This document shows, piece after piece, positions 44,120 to 55,063 of a stretch of DNA of 64,000 nt (position 1 is its first letter; each line of letters starts with the position of its first letter). The DNA comes from an uncultured Nitrososphaerales archaeon (lineage in GTDB: Archaea; Thermoproteota; Nitrososphaeria; Nitrososphaerales; Nitrososphaeraceae). Under the pieces are notes generated by a model. That model was not told where the DNA came from. It saw nothing but the letters and a program-made list of their open reading frames with translations, and did not search any database. The stretch spans positions 288,001-352,000 of the forward strand of contig CAVOHZ010000008.1 in NCBI GenBank assembly GCA_963695855.1, given 5' to 3'. The position numbers were made by a program, and so were the translations under genes.

Positions 44120-44348
44120 GTGGTATTAGTTCCCTAATTAGTTTTACAAGTGAAAAATTTGATCAAAATTAATTTCTTACTGATAATTCACTTACTATAC
44201 TTTTAAGTTTCCTTGATATCCAATTCATTGATTATCCATTCGATTCGGTTAATTATGGTAATTTACTACCAATATATGTAAAAATTTTCTGACTATAAAG
44301 AAATCTTGAATCGAGAATAATTCCTAAAATATTTCAAGTTGTTAATTT

Positions 44349-44579
44349 TTAATCTAATATATCATAATTGCCTATAATATCTTTATACGAAAATACAGTA
44401 ACTTCTACTTTTTTATTTCCAATTTTATTTGAAATTATTTCTTCTACTTTATCTATTATATGAGCGGGGTAACCATCGATATTATCATATTCTTTGAAAA
44501 TTTCGTCATATGGTTCCACAAACCACCATTGCTGCTTTTCTTCATCAACTTCTATTTGCGAAATTTTTAGTACTGTCAT
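44349..44579 (-). CDS. Small hypothetical protein between two family-2 sites
   Basis: 76 aa acidic ATG ORF. Confidence 0.6.
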   Translation of the reverse strand: MTVLKISQIEVDEEKQQWWFVEPYDEIFKEYDNIDGYPAHIIDKVEEIISNKIGNKKVEVTVFSYKDIIGNYDILD

Positions 44580-44642
44580 TTAGTTTTCAATTATTTATAA
44601 GTATCATTTTATATAAAATTTTAAGTTTTCAATTGAAATTCC

Positions 44643-44681
44643 TTTTAGGTCAAACGTGGTTCACAAGCTATTAGCCCAATA
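44643..44681 (+). repeat. Second dispersed site family, copy 3
   Basis: ttttaggtcaaacgtggttcacaagctattagcccaata. Confidence 0.6.
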
Positions 44682-44755
44682 AAACTCTGGGCTTCAATCC
44701 TGACAGATTAATTGAAAAGCACTAACAATATTTTAAATGGTAAAAAATACAATTA

Positions 44756-45368
44756 GTGCCTTTATTTTTTCCATTACTTTTTTTGTATCCTTTAGTAGCC
44801 ATTCATTTTATCGTTTCTGAAAATATCAAATGGCTCGATTATAATGATCCTGATGGTCTATTTACTTTAGAATTTCCTAATGAAACTGACTGGAAAATTG
44901 AAAAGATAGAAAATAAAAACCCTCCTTTCTATAATGAAGTTTTAATATCGCACCTAGATATTTCTGCAAATGTACGAATATCGTTTAACGTTATCCCTCT
45001 TGATGATATATATTAATGGCAAGTATGGTTTTCCATTATTCAAGTCTTATTCTTCTTATGCTGATTCCTTGATAGATCACTTGGAGGTTGAAATGCAAAA
45101 TAGTGATCCAACTTTTCAACTCGTAGAAAAGCATTCCGACAAATATTTGATAGACGGATATCAAGCATCAGGAATTTTGTCTAGACATTCACATTCTCTG
45201 GGAAATACTACAGGTATGTTAAACTTGTATGCAATCGATAAGACAAATGATCTTGTATTAATATATAAGTATAATTTTGATGCGAATTCATATATTCTTT
45301 ATTTACCCATAGCAGAAAAAATACTAGACTCTATTAAAATTAATAAATTGTATAAAACTTTAACTTAA
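44756..45368 (+). pseudogene. PsbP-like protein split by a frameshift near 45010
   Basis: YNDPDGLFTLEFP..DW in the first ORF; IDGYQA and LPIAEKILDSIKI in the second. Confidence 0.7.
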
Positions 45369-45660
45369 TAAATTTCACAAGATTAATTACGAACTGTAAA
45401 GATTACGTTAACTTTTTTATAAAATATGCCCATCATGATTTTAATCATTAAAAAAATCGTTATTATATTGTATATGTCTTTATTTTTTTATTGATTATAT
45501 TCCTATTTGTGTTCCTTAAGATTTTGACTAGTTTTCCTATTACATTTTGTTTACTATATTGATCCGAAAAATATATTTAAATACAAATAGCAAAAAGTGT
45601 TCTCTAGAGTCAATATAATAATAATCAGATTTTACATCCTATGAAGATTGTATACATGAA

Positions 45661-45960
45661 TGTTAAGCTTAATTCGACAATGATATCTTTATTTATAAAC
45701 AAATTATGCGACAGCGAAATAAACTGTTATACATCATTACCTTATTGCAGTCTATGCCTTTTGTATACTGAATTTGCTTGATAGTAAATGTTTTCCCATT
45801 ACTCGTTTTAATGAGAAAAAGAATTCAACACTTCATCTCTGTCCTGTATTTTTTTAATTGCTTGTATCCATCATGTACAATTTTTCGAATTTAGATGTAC
45901 CTATTCATTACATGTTCTACAACATTCCTTCTGATAGATATGCAGGTTCAATATGCAATT
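45661..45960 (-). mobile_element. IS5-like transposase 3' remnant
   Basis: GQR*SVE..SLKRVMG fragment. Confidence 0.6.
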
Positions 45961-46073
45961 TGTCTTTGATATAATAATTATATGCGATTATATAATAACA
46001 TAATATTATGGGTAATTATTTATTTGAAATTATTTAATAAAAAAAGTACATAGCTTAGAAATAGTTTATAAAA

Positions 46074-47156
46074 TTATGGTTTAATTTCGTATACAATATT
46101 TATTGGTGTGTCTATAGCTCTTTTAAAATGTGAAAAACCACTCTTCCTTACTATCTCTCTGATCCTTTCTTCTCCGGCCTGTGCACCTAGGGCTGGTCCA
46201 TTAAAAGCTAGCGAATTTGGTACGCATATTAGTGTAGAGGCAGCATAATATGTTTTAGATATTGGATTTATATTATCTTCAAGTTTATTTTGTGAATAAG
46301 GTTCAACTATCATACAAACTCCTTCCTCTTTATTGATTGTATTTAATACATGAGTCAATGCACCTTGAGGGTCTCCCATATCATGAAGACAATCAAATAA
46401 TGTTATAAAATCGTAATTGGTACCTGGAAATCCTGATGCTGAAGATATCTCAAATTTTACATTGTTTAAATTTTCTTGTTTTGCAAGATTATTTGCTTTT
46501 TCAATTGATTCTTTGTGGAAATCAAATCCCATAAATTCGGAATTTGGAAAAGCTTTTGCCATCAGTATTGTACTTATTCCATAACCACATCCTACGTCTG
46601 CCACTTTGATCCCTTGTTTAAGTTTTTCATGAATTTTTCCATTTTCTATCGATGGTATCCATAAATTTAATAAGTTACCTAAATATCCAGCTTTAAAGAA
46701 TTCGGCCCAACCCTCTGCCATACATGGATGATGATCTAACCATGAAAAAGTTCTTTCATTTTTAAACATTTTTATAAATTCTTCTTCATCTTTAAAGTAA
46801 GATTTTATTGCTTTAAATGCGCCATGGATATAGATGGGACTATTAGGGTCAGCTAATGCAAGTGCATGTTCAGGAGGTAAAAAATATTTTTCTGTTGAAG
46901 GATCATATTCTATATAACCACTAGAAACTTGATTTCCTAACCATTCTTTAACTAGTCTTTCATTCGTTTCAGTTTTTTTCGCAAGTTCTTGAAAAGTGAT
47001 ATATCTGTTTTCATTTGCCATCGCTTTATATAAACCAAGTCTTTCTCCAAGTATCACTAGCACGGCAGTAGAGCTTCCAGCAATATCCTGTATAGCTTTA
47101 TTCATAAATTCCTGTATCTTGGATTCATTGATATTATTTTTTATTTGTTGGATCAT
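46074..47156 (-). CDS. Class I SAM-dependent methyltransferase with N-terminal winged helix
   Basis: GERLGLY, VADVGCGYG, FDCLHDMGDP, LGAQAGE. Confidence 0.92.
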   Translation of the reverse strand: MIQQIKNNINESKIQEFMNKAIQDIAGSSTAVLVILGERLGLYKAMANENRYITFQELAKKTETNERLVKEWLGNQVSSGYIEYDPSTEKYFLPPEHALALADPNSPIYIHGAFKAIKSYFKDEEEFIKMFKNERTFSWLDHHPCMAEGWAEFFKAGYLGNLLNLWIPSIENGKIHEKLKQGIKVADVGCGYGISTILMAKAFPNSEFMGFDFHKESIEKANNLAKQENLNNVKFEISSASGFPGTNYDFITLFDCLHDMGDPQGALTHVLNTINKEEGVCMIVEPYSQNKLEDNINPISKTYYAASTLICVPNSLAFNGPALGAQAGEERIREIVRKSGFSHFKRAIDTPINIVYEIKP

Positions 47157-47453
47157 TAAGATGCTAATATAGATTATTGATATAAATATTCCGTAGTGGT
47201 CTGCTCTCTATTCCTAGAAAATCGAGATAGTTTTCTGTTATATTTCCTGTAAGATAACAAATATTATATGTAGATTAGTAAATGCTAATAGCTTGTTTTA
47301 TGATACTTCTAAAAGATATAAAAAATACAACTATAAAAATAGTTCATGAAACTTTTTTAGATTAATCCTACTGTAAAAAACAAAGGTATTGGATCAGTTA
47401 AAAAAACTTGCGGATCCAATGTATTGAACAATTTATTCCACATATATTCAATA

Positions 47454-48051
47454 TTAATTTTTATTTTCTTCCAAACTAACTTCTACTGGAGTTGGACGAG
47501 AAACGATATCAAATACTGGTGATCTCTTTTGTGCGAGTAGTACCAGTTCCTGTAATTTTTCTTTTGGCGCATCTGCCTTGATCTTAAATACAACCTTTAT
47601 CTTTTCGTAGCCGTTTCTTACATTTTCATCCAATCCAAGGAAACCATGTAAGTCGAGGTCTCCAGAAAATGATGTTTCCACTTCATCTATTTTTATTCCT
47701 TGTGCTGCAGCATGATAAATAAGACTTGTTGTTAAGCGACCGTCAAGCGCTGCAATTACATATTCAACGGGGTTTGCACCATGATCTTCTCCTAATAATA
47801 CCGGTGGCTCATCTTTTTCAAAGACAAAGGCTTGACTTCTTTTGAATGTTTGACATGCACCATAAAAGTCGTTAATAGTTGTACGACCATGTGCTCCATC
47901 AATCCATTTACCTTTTGCTTTAAAATTAAATTTTGCAATTTCAGGTTTTTCCTTAATTACTCCTACTGTTTCAGAGTTTGCTTACATTAACTCCATTTAC
48001 AATCTGTTCTTCTTTTTCTTTTTTTGTTTTTTGTATGTTTATTTGATTCAT
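47454..48051 (-). pseudogene. OsmC-family protein with two frameshifts
   Basis: VNGVNV, DEPPVLLGEDHGANPVEY, GDLDLHGFLG, SPVFD in shifting frames. Confidence 0.85.
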
Positions 48052-48055
48052 AGCT

Positions 48056-48110
48056 ATGCTATCATGATAGCATTATATAAACGTTACCCATAAATGCTAT
48101 CATGCTATCA
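48056..48110. promoter_or_regulatory. Putative operator pair around the TATA box of the osmC-like gene
   Basis: Perfect 18-bp palindrome atgctatcatgatagcat (48056-48073) and a related copy at 48094-48110; tttatataa on the minus strand between them. Confidence 0.65.
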
Positions 48111-48514
48111 CACGGTGAAGGCAAACGAAACTTTATACTGTATTGGACTCTATTATAATATAAGTTCACCACCATCAAATTCAAAATTGAAATTATTATT
48201 TTTTATAGTATAATTGTATGTAGCAGCAACGAATTGTATATAGTCATAAACATCAATTAGGTCTTATTCCTTTTGCATACGTAAGATAGCAATCATCAAA
48301 ACTTCCGATTTTATCCTTGAAACATTAATTAACTGGTTTCGTTAGACTTTTCTCTAACGACGTATGTAAATAGTGTTCCAATCTCATACATTACAAAAAC
48401 CATGATCAGAATATAATCGAATATATGCTTTAAATAAATATTGATGACTATATCAATTACAAATTTGTCTTATATTAAGTTGATAGTTATATATTAGTAA
48501 TTAATGAATATATT

Positions 48515-49108
48515 ATGAGTAATGATAACTATTCACCTACATCTGATGATATTAAAGAAATAAGTTCTGATATAAGCAATATATCAGAAGTCAATCCAGA
48601 AAAACGCGAATCTGAGGAAACAGGAAACTATCATATTTCAAAAGATAATCTTCCTTCTTTTAAAAGAATACTAGTTACTGACGATGGAAGAGATATATCA
48701 AATAAAGCACTTAATTATGCTGTTTCTTTATCTAATTCGACTGGAGCAGAATTACTTATTCTTCGTATATTAAAAGATGTTGAAAAATTTGGAAATATTT
48801 CTGTAGAAGGTTCTTACGAGATATCGCAATTGGATAATCAAGACTTCCATAGAAAAGTCAAAGCTGATGTAATAGATGTCATGGAAGAAAAAATAAATAA
48901 ATGCCAAAAAGCTGGATGTCAAAATAAAGTTTCTTATAAATTTCTGACCGGAAATATAGTTGATGAAATAGTGAATGAAATTAACAATAATAACTATGAT
49001 TTGGTAGTTATGTTAACTGCTCATATAGATTCGTGGTTTAGATCCTTATTTAGTGATGTCAGAAAAATAATTAATCATATTAGTAAACCTGTTTTGATAA
49101 TACAATAA
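48515..49108 (+). CDS. Universal stress protein (UspA domain)
   Basis: KRILVTDDG..SNKALNYA, YDLVVM, KPVLII. Confidence 0.88.
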   Translation: MSNDNYSPTSDDIKEISSDISNISEVNPEKRESEETGNYHISKDNLPSFKRILVTDDGRDISNKALNYAVSLSNSTGAELLILRILKDVEKFGNISVEGSYEISQLDNQDFHRKVKADVIDVMEEKINKCQKAGCQNKVSYKFLTGNIVDEIVNEINNNNYDLVVMLTAHIDSWFRSLFSDVRKIINHISKPVLIIQ

Positions 49109-49967
49109 ATTCTCTATTTATTTTTCTAGACATTATCTATAATTGGAGATAACTGTTTCTATATCATGTGTAATCAATATATCTAATTTTATTCTATTTC
49201 ATTTAGAATTATTATTATTTAGAAAGATACATTTTAAAAGGATTTTATTTTTACAAATTAATTCGTTATTAGTTTCCTTTGATTCCCTGTACAACAAGAT
49301 TGCATGGCATCCAGGACCACATATAGGTTTTAATCCTTTACTGTTTCCATTACCAACCCAACAGCATGGTTTGACTCTTCTCATGTGATCTAATGAGATG
49401 TAGCCAATGAAGAACATTCATCAGTATTCTATTTTTTTTGTTGCTCTTAAAATATAAGATAGTGTTATGTCTAAAAAGATTTGTACTAAATATTATAATA
49501 TTATTTAATGATTTATTCACGGAAATGTTATTGAATTTACCGGAATTGATAATACAATTTAAAACAAATAAAAATATAGTTACTTATAATATATCCAATT
49601 TTTTAATTCTTTAAGCACATATTCCTGTCATATATTTTTTGAACTTCGATTTTTGCTAGGATTAGAATAATTGGAATGTTTTCTCATATTTTTTTCCTAT
49701 TATTAGAATGATCTTTGAGAAAATTACCTTTTAATTGGTCGGAAGAACATTCCACCATTCAAAAAAATATTGTATAATTTATCAAATTAAATATTCTTTC
49801 TACGTCAAATATAAAGAATTACATCTAATCATCTAGCTAAGTCAACTATCTTGTAAGATCTTGAAAATTGTAATATTATCATTTCAAATATGATAGATGT
49901 ATTTATCCCTAGAAAGATAGAGAATGACATAGATCTATAGATAACAAAACTAACTAACTTATATACT

Positions 49968-50342
49968 TTGGTACCTATATATTACTATATGAAGAGAATA
50001 AAAAATAATAATAATAATCATTACAATTTCTTATTAATTGATAATAAAAGTAGTAAACCTCTAATAATTGTAAAAGATTCCAATCTGCAACTATCTTCAT
50101 CTTCACAATCATCATCTACAAATATAGCAAATACAAAAGACGAAAGATTAGATCTTATAAAAATTTCTAAAGGATTAATTGAAATTTTACAGATCAATGG
50201 TTTTACAGTTGAAATGATATTAGAATATGGTCCCTCACAAATTGCAGAAATGCTAGGAATAGATGTGTATATTGGAAAAATAATATATGATGAGACTAAA
50301 AAAGCAACTAGTAATTTAAATCCTAATACTTTAATCAATTAA
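49968..50342 (+). CDS. Hypothetical protein, possible HhH-like domain
   Basis: ISKGLIEILQINGF..IAEMLGIDVYIGKII. Confidence 0.6.
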   Translation: MVPIYYYMKRIKNNNNNHYNFLLIDNKSSKPLIIVKDSNLQLSSSSQSSSTNIANTKDERLDLIKISKGLIEILQINGFTVEMILEYGPSQIAEMLGIDVYIGKIIYDETKKATSNLNPNTLIN

Positions 50343-51292
50343 ATGAATAAATTATCAAACAAAAGAGAACAATAACCAAAACAAAATCGAAGATATTCGC
50401 AATTCCTTTTTGCATGACTCAGTATTCCTAAAACAATTAGAATACTGTGTCATACTATACAGTTAACTGTTAAAGAAATACAGTCATTCTAGTAAAAGAG
50501 AAAAGATTGTCTTTATAGGTATGCATAGACAATGAAGGGATATCGTTATCGTGTGTTTATACTAAAGTTGTTATTTGGGATAACTGGTCTTCCATTTATT
50601 TTCAGTTTGCTCAATAGCCTGAATACATTTTTGAAATAGTCATTCTCTGACTTCTAGAAGGATATCGTGAGATTACCTTCATTACGAGAATCAATTCTAG
50701 GTCTACTACTGTCTCCACTCTTGCCATTTTTGTTTATATCTACTCCATTTTTAGTGGTATCTGGCACAAAACACCCAATTAAAAACCGTATATATGCCAA
50801 AAGGCCTACCCCTCTATCACATTGCCATAGTTACCAAGCCTTTGTCAAACATACCATGTCTATTACTCTAACTTTTTTACAATATTTCCCAGATATTACA
50901 TTTTAGCCAAAAAATGCCGTATTTTACATTTCTTAAAATTATTTTAGTTTATTTAATATTATTTACGGTGATAAAAAATTAAAAATACCTGGTTTTTCTA
51001 TATTTTGGCCTACTTAACTCAACCAAAATATCTTCAAAGATATAAACAAAGTATCTATTACTTGATTGTACTTGAGATTACTGGCATCTCCGTAAATCTG
51101 CTTTTTAAGTACAATTTGCTTTAGAAGCAGCTAATACCAATACAAAAATGTGTTAAATCCATTGATCTTATAAAACGAATTTGAAAATCAAAAATAAGGA
51201 AAAGATAAAAAATAGTAATTATTTTATATATTTGTATTTATAAAAATTAGAAGGCTGAATATACTACGTCTATTATTGTTGGACCGGATGAT

Positions 51293-51643
51293 TTGACGAA
51301 AGCTAGAATAGTAAATATGATTCTTGGTAAAAAAACAGAAGAAGCGTTACAAAATCTGAGCCGATTCTATAAAGTTACACCACCTGCAATAACTGTTGGA
51401 ACTATAAAAGGGAAGAGAAAGACCGTATATGCAGTGTATGTCCAAAGAGAAAGCACGATTTATTGTATAAACTCCGATGTGTTTTATAATCCATTTATAG
51501 TGTTACATGAGTTTTATCATCATATACGAACAATAAGCGGTATTCACAGAGGTTCGGAGAAGTATGCCAACATGTATGCAAAAAGCTTCATTGACTCTTA
51601 TAAAAAAATAACAAATCAAATAACAAAACAAAATCAGAAATAA
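51293..51643 (+). CDS. Small HExxH zinc metallopeptidase-like protein
   Basis: VLHEFYHH..SEKYAN. Confidence 0.75.
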   Translation: MTKARIVNMILGKKTEEALQNLSRFYKVTPPAITVGTIKGKRKTVYAVYVQRESTIYCINSDVFYNPFIVLHEFYHHIRTISGIHRGSEKYANMYAKSFIDSYKKITNQITKQNQK

Positions 51644-51774
51644 TAAAATATTTTCATATAATTGGCTTTAAAATTAGTTATGAATTGACTGGGAAATTGG
51701 CTGACCCATTTTGATCGAGCAACTCTAATTTCACTGGCATGTACAGCAAAAAAATTACAGGATAATAAAGATAT

Positions 51775-52461
51775 TTGAAAGTTTCGACTTCAAATATTGA
51801 ATTTCTAGATTTATACAAGGAACGTAATAGACTCAAGTGGAATTACAACAACAGGACAGAACTAGAATACAAGAAATACGGTCTTGTGACTCCGGATAAT
51901 CTTGATTTTCAAATAAAGAATTTTCTTGCAAAAGTAGATCCAAAAGGCAAATTTTTGGTCACCAGATCGGTTAAAAAAATTGTACGATTGAAAGCAATTG
52001 ATTTTGATGACAAACATAATAACGAACAATAATATCTTGTTTATTATGAAGATTGGGAGAATTGTAAAGACTATCTAGGTCGTCCAATCAGTGGTGTAAG
52101 GTCGCATTTACAAGGTGTATATGACGAAATTATTTTGGAGGACGTTATCGATAAACATGGTGATTATCGGGGTCAAAGGGTCAACGTATGACATGTACAC
52201 GAAAACGCCACTATATTCCATTTAGCAAAAAAAGCAGTTGATGACGCCATGGCAACTTCAGATAACACAGATTAAAATAGTATCGAATATGTGTTTAAAG
52301 GTCCACAATTTAGAACTGGAGGATATTCTTATGAACAATTTGTAAATTCATCATGGGAGTTAATGGAAGAAATGTCACGAATTAATGGCGGTCCTAAAAT
52401 GTGGGAGCACGATGTTAAGCAAAGACAGGAGAATTTTAAGAAATATCAGCAGGTACCATAA
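51775..52461 (+). pseudogene. Hypothetical protein broken by stops and frameshifts
   Basis: Coding-like sequence continues after the stop at 52032 (YLVYYEDW...FRTGGYSYEQFVNSSW). Confidence 0.55.
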
Positions 52462-52767
52462 CCATTATTTTTATTTATTTTTCAATTCTTAGTAATTGAT
52501 TAACTAACTAAACTAACTGACTATAGTCTAATGTATGATATTATTACAATATTTCATATTGTACTTGTAGATCAATTGCTATTCTTCTTATAGTCAATAA
52601 TTCAGCATGATAAAATATTACAAGATTAGATAATGTTCCTTCCAACCTTAGATATAATAAATTCGCATTTAACAATGTAATGAGCAATAACAACAATAGA
52701 ATCATAGTTTTTGCTTCTATACCAATTAATATAATTATGCTGACATTAATTTAACATCATGGTCATA

Positions 52768-53823
52768 CACTTTAGACAATAATAGATTTAGCTAAGAAAG
52801 GAAGCATACAGTTTATCATTTGATTGAGAGCAACAATCTTTCTAGAACAAGATTTGAGCAACTGTATAAACGAGAATCTGATGCAGGTGTAAAGGAAAGA
52901 ATGTTGCTTGTGTTAAACGTAGTATATGACAAACATATTCCTGCACAGGTTGCAAGAGATCTCCACAGAAGCAGAACATGGGCTTCTGATTGGTTAAAGA
53001 GGTACAGGGAAGAAGGTATAGAAGGATTAAAAAACAGATCAAAAAGTGGTAGACCACCAGATATACCAGAAGAGACAGTATACAAGATAAAAAATAAACT
53101 GTCGTCTAGCAAACAGGGATGGACTACAAAACAGGTTTATGATATCATAGTCAGAGATAGCGGTATACACTACCATCATATTTACATCTACACCTTACTT
53201 CGCAGATGGGGATTCAAACAGAAAGTACCTAGAAAAGTACATGTAAACACTGCACCAAAAGAAGAGAAAGAAGGTTTTAAAAAAGAGCAAGAAAGATACT
53301 GGATAATCTCCAAGAAGGATTTACAGTAGTATCTACTGATGAATCATTCTTTTTCTTTGACTCTCTTGTAAGAAGAGTCTGGATAAGAAAAGATGAAAGA
53401 CCAGTAGTGAGAATTAATGGATCTCATCAGGCGTCAGTTCTATTTGGTGCCACAAGTTTAGAAGGAAAACAACTGTTCAGGCAATATGACTGGTTTGATG
53501 AAAATACATTTCTTAATTATCTAAAACAGATACACAGGAAATTTCCAAAATGTTATATATTTCTGGATAAAGCAAAACAACACTATAAATCAAAAAAGGT
53601 ACTGCAATATTTTGACAAACACAAAAAGGATCTGATTCCAGTATATCTTCCAACAGCATCTCCAGAATTTATGGTACTGGAAGAATGCTGGAATATAGCC
53701 AAAAACCATCTGCTTGTCCTACAATACTATCGGTCATTTACAGATTTCATAATTAAAATATCTACATATTTTAGAACAAAAAGATTCAATCTGAATATGA
53801 GAAATTACCTGGTTGGAGGTGAG
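52768..53823 (+). mobile_element. IS630-family element, two ORFs with a probable -1 frameshift
   Basis: HTH ORF 52820-53329; slippery tttaaaaaag near 53276; TDES, LDKAKQH, SPEFMVLEE; TA at both ends. Confidence 0.88.
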
Positions 53824-53825
53824 TA

Positions 53826-55009
53826 AGCATATTTATCTTAATTGGTATATACTAGGAGCAATACTAGCGACAAGTATACTGGCTCTAAACCCATCAACAA
53901 TTACAAATGTAGGTGCACAAATGTACGGAGACCAGTACGGATATGATAGGAACTATTACCAAGACGACAATAGATACGGATATGATAATAACCATCCAGA
54001 AAAAAAGAATGTAAATGTCCAGAAAATAAAGTGTGTAAACAGTAACATAAACGTAAACGGTGTAGATATTACCAAGATACCTCGAGACGATATTGCTGGC
54101 TTAGCGGCGGCAAATGAAGCAGGAGAAGGTCCAGATGGAGCAAATACACAAAACGGTAACGGACTTGGAGATAAAATTAACTTCGACAGGAACCTTGTAA
54201 ACGTATGTGTAAATGTCAATGACAACGAACAGACAAAAGTTACTCCACCAGGAACACCACCAGAAGAAGAAACAGCGACTTTGCTTGTGACCAAAACTGT
54301 TGCCTGCGAGGACAATAGAGATAGCGGTCTTTCGGCTCAACAAGAATTGAACCTGTGTACTTTAGTTACAACAGCTATACAAGAAAGTCTGTTCATTATC
54401 GACGTGACAGATACAGATCCAGTGCCAACTCAATTTCCAGGTTCAGTAGCCGGAACATCTGTTACATTGGGGCCAGGCAATTATGTAGTGGAAGAGACAC
54501 CAAATGAAGCAGCCATTGAGGCTATTATAGATGATATTGAAGGTCTAGATGGATTTCAAATAACTGGTCCAGTCGCAACGTTTTCACCAGATTGTACTCA
54601 AAGCGATGATTTTGAGGCAACAGGATCAATTGCAGCAGGGGAATCAGAGACTTGTAACATAGTAAACACATTTCAAGTAGTGAATAACCCAGACCAAGGA
54701 ACTTGTGACGACTGCTTTAAACCCGAAAATGAAGGCGGAACACTTCCACCTCCTAGAGTTGAGGATTTAGAAAATTACCTAGCTGATCCTGATAATATAG
54801 TACCAATAGGTGCGGATGCAGATGTAAACAGTATAGAAGAGTTATGTGATGCAATTGATGCAGCTTCTGATACCTCGACTCCAGTAACGGAAGATGAGAT
54901 AAGAGATCTTCTTGAGGCCGCCTTAACAAATCCAAATGCACCTCCTGGTCAAGTCACGCAGGTAATTAATTGTCTACTAGACTTAGAATTGATAACAGAA
55001 TCTCCCTAA
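53826..55009 (+). CDS. Secreted or surface acidic protein with Cys pairs; 5' end disrupted by IS630
   Basis: Partial signal peptide, Tyr-rich segment, KIKCVNSNINVNG, Ig-like middle region. Confidence 0.75.
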
Positions 55010-55026
55010 CCGACAATCTATCCTAC

Positions 55027-55041
55027 CTTTTTTATTTTTTT
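55027..55041 (+). terminator. Oligo-T archaeal terminator
   Basis: ctttttt-a-tttttt directly after the stop codon. Confidence 0.45.
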
Positions 55042-55063
55042 TAAATATAAATTAATTAATTAA

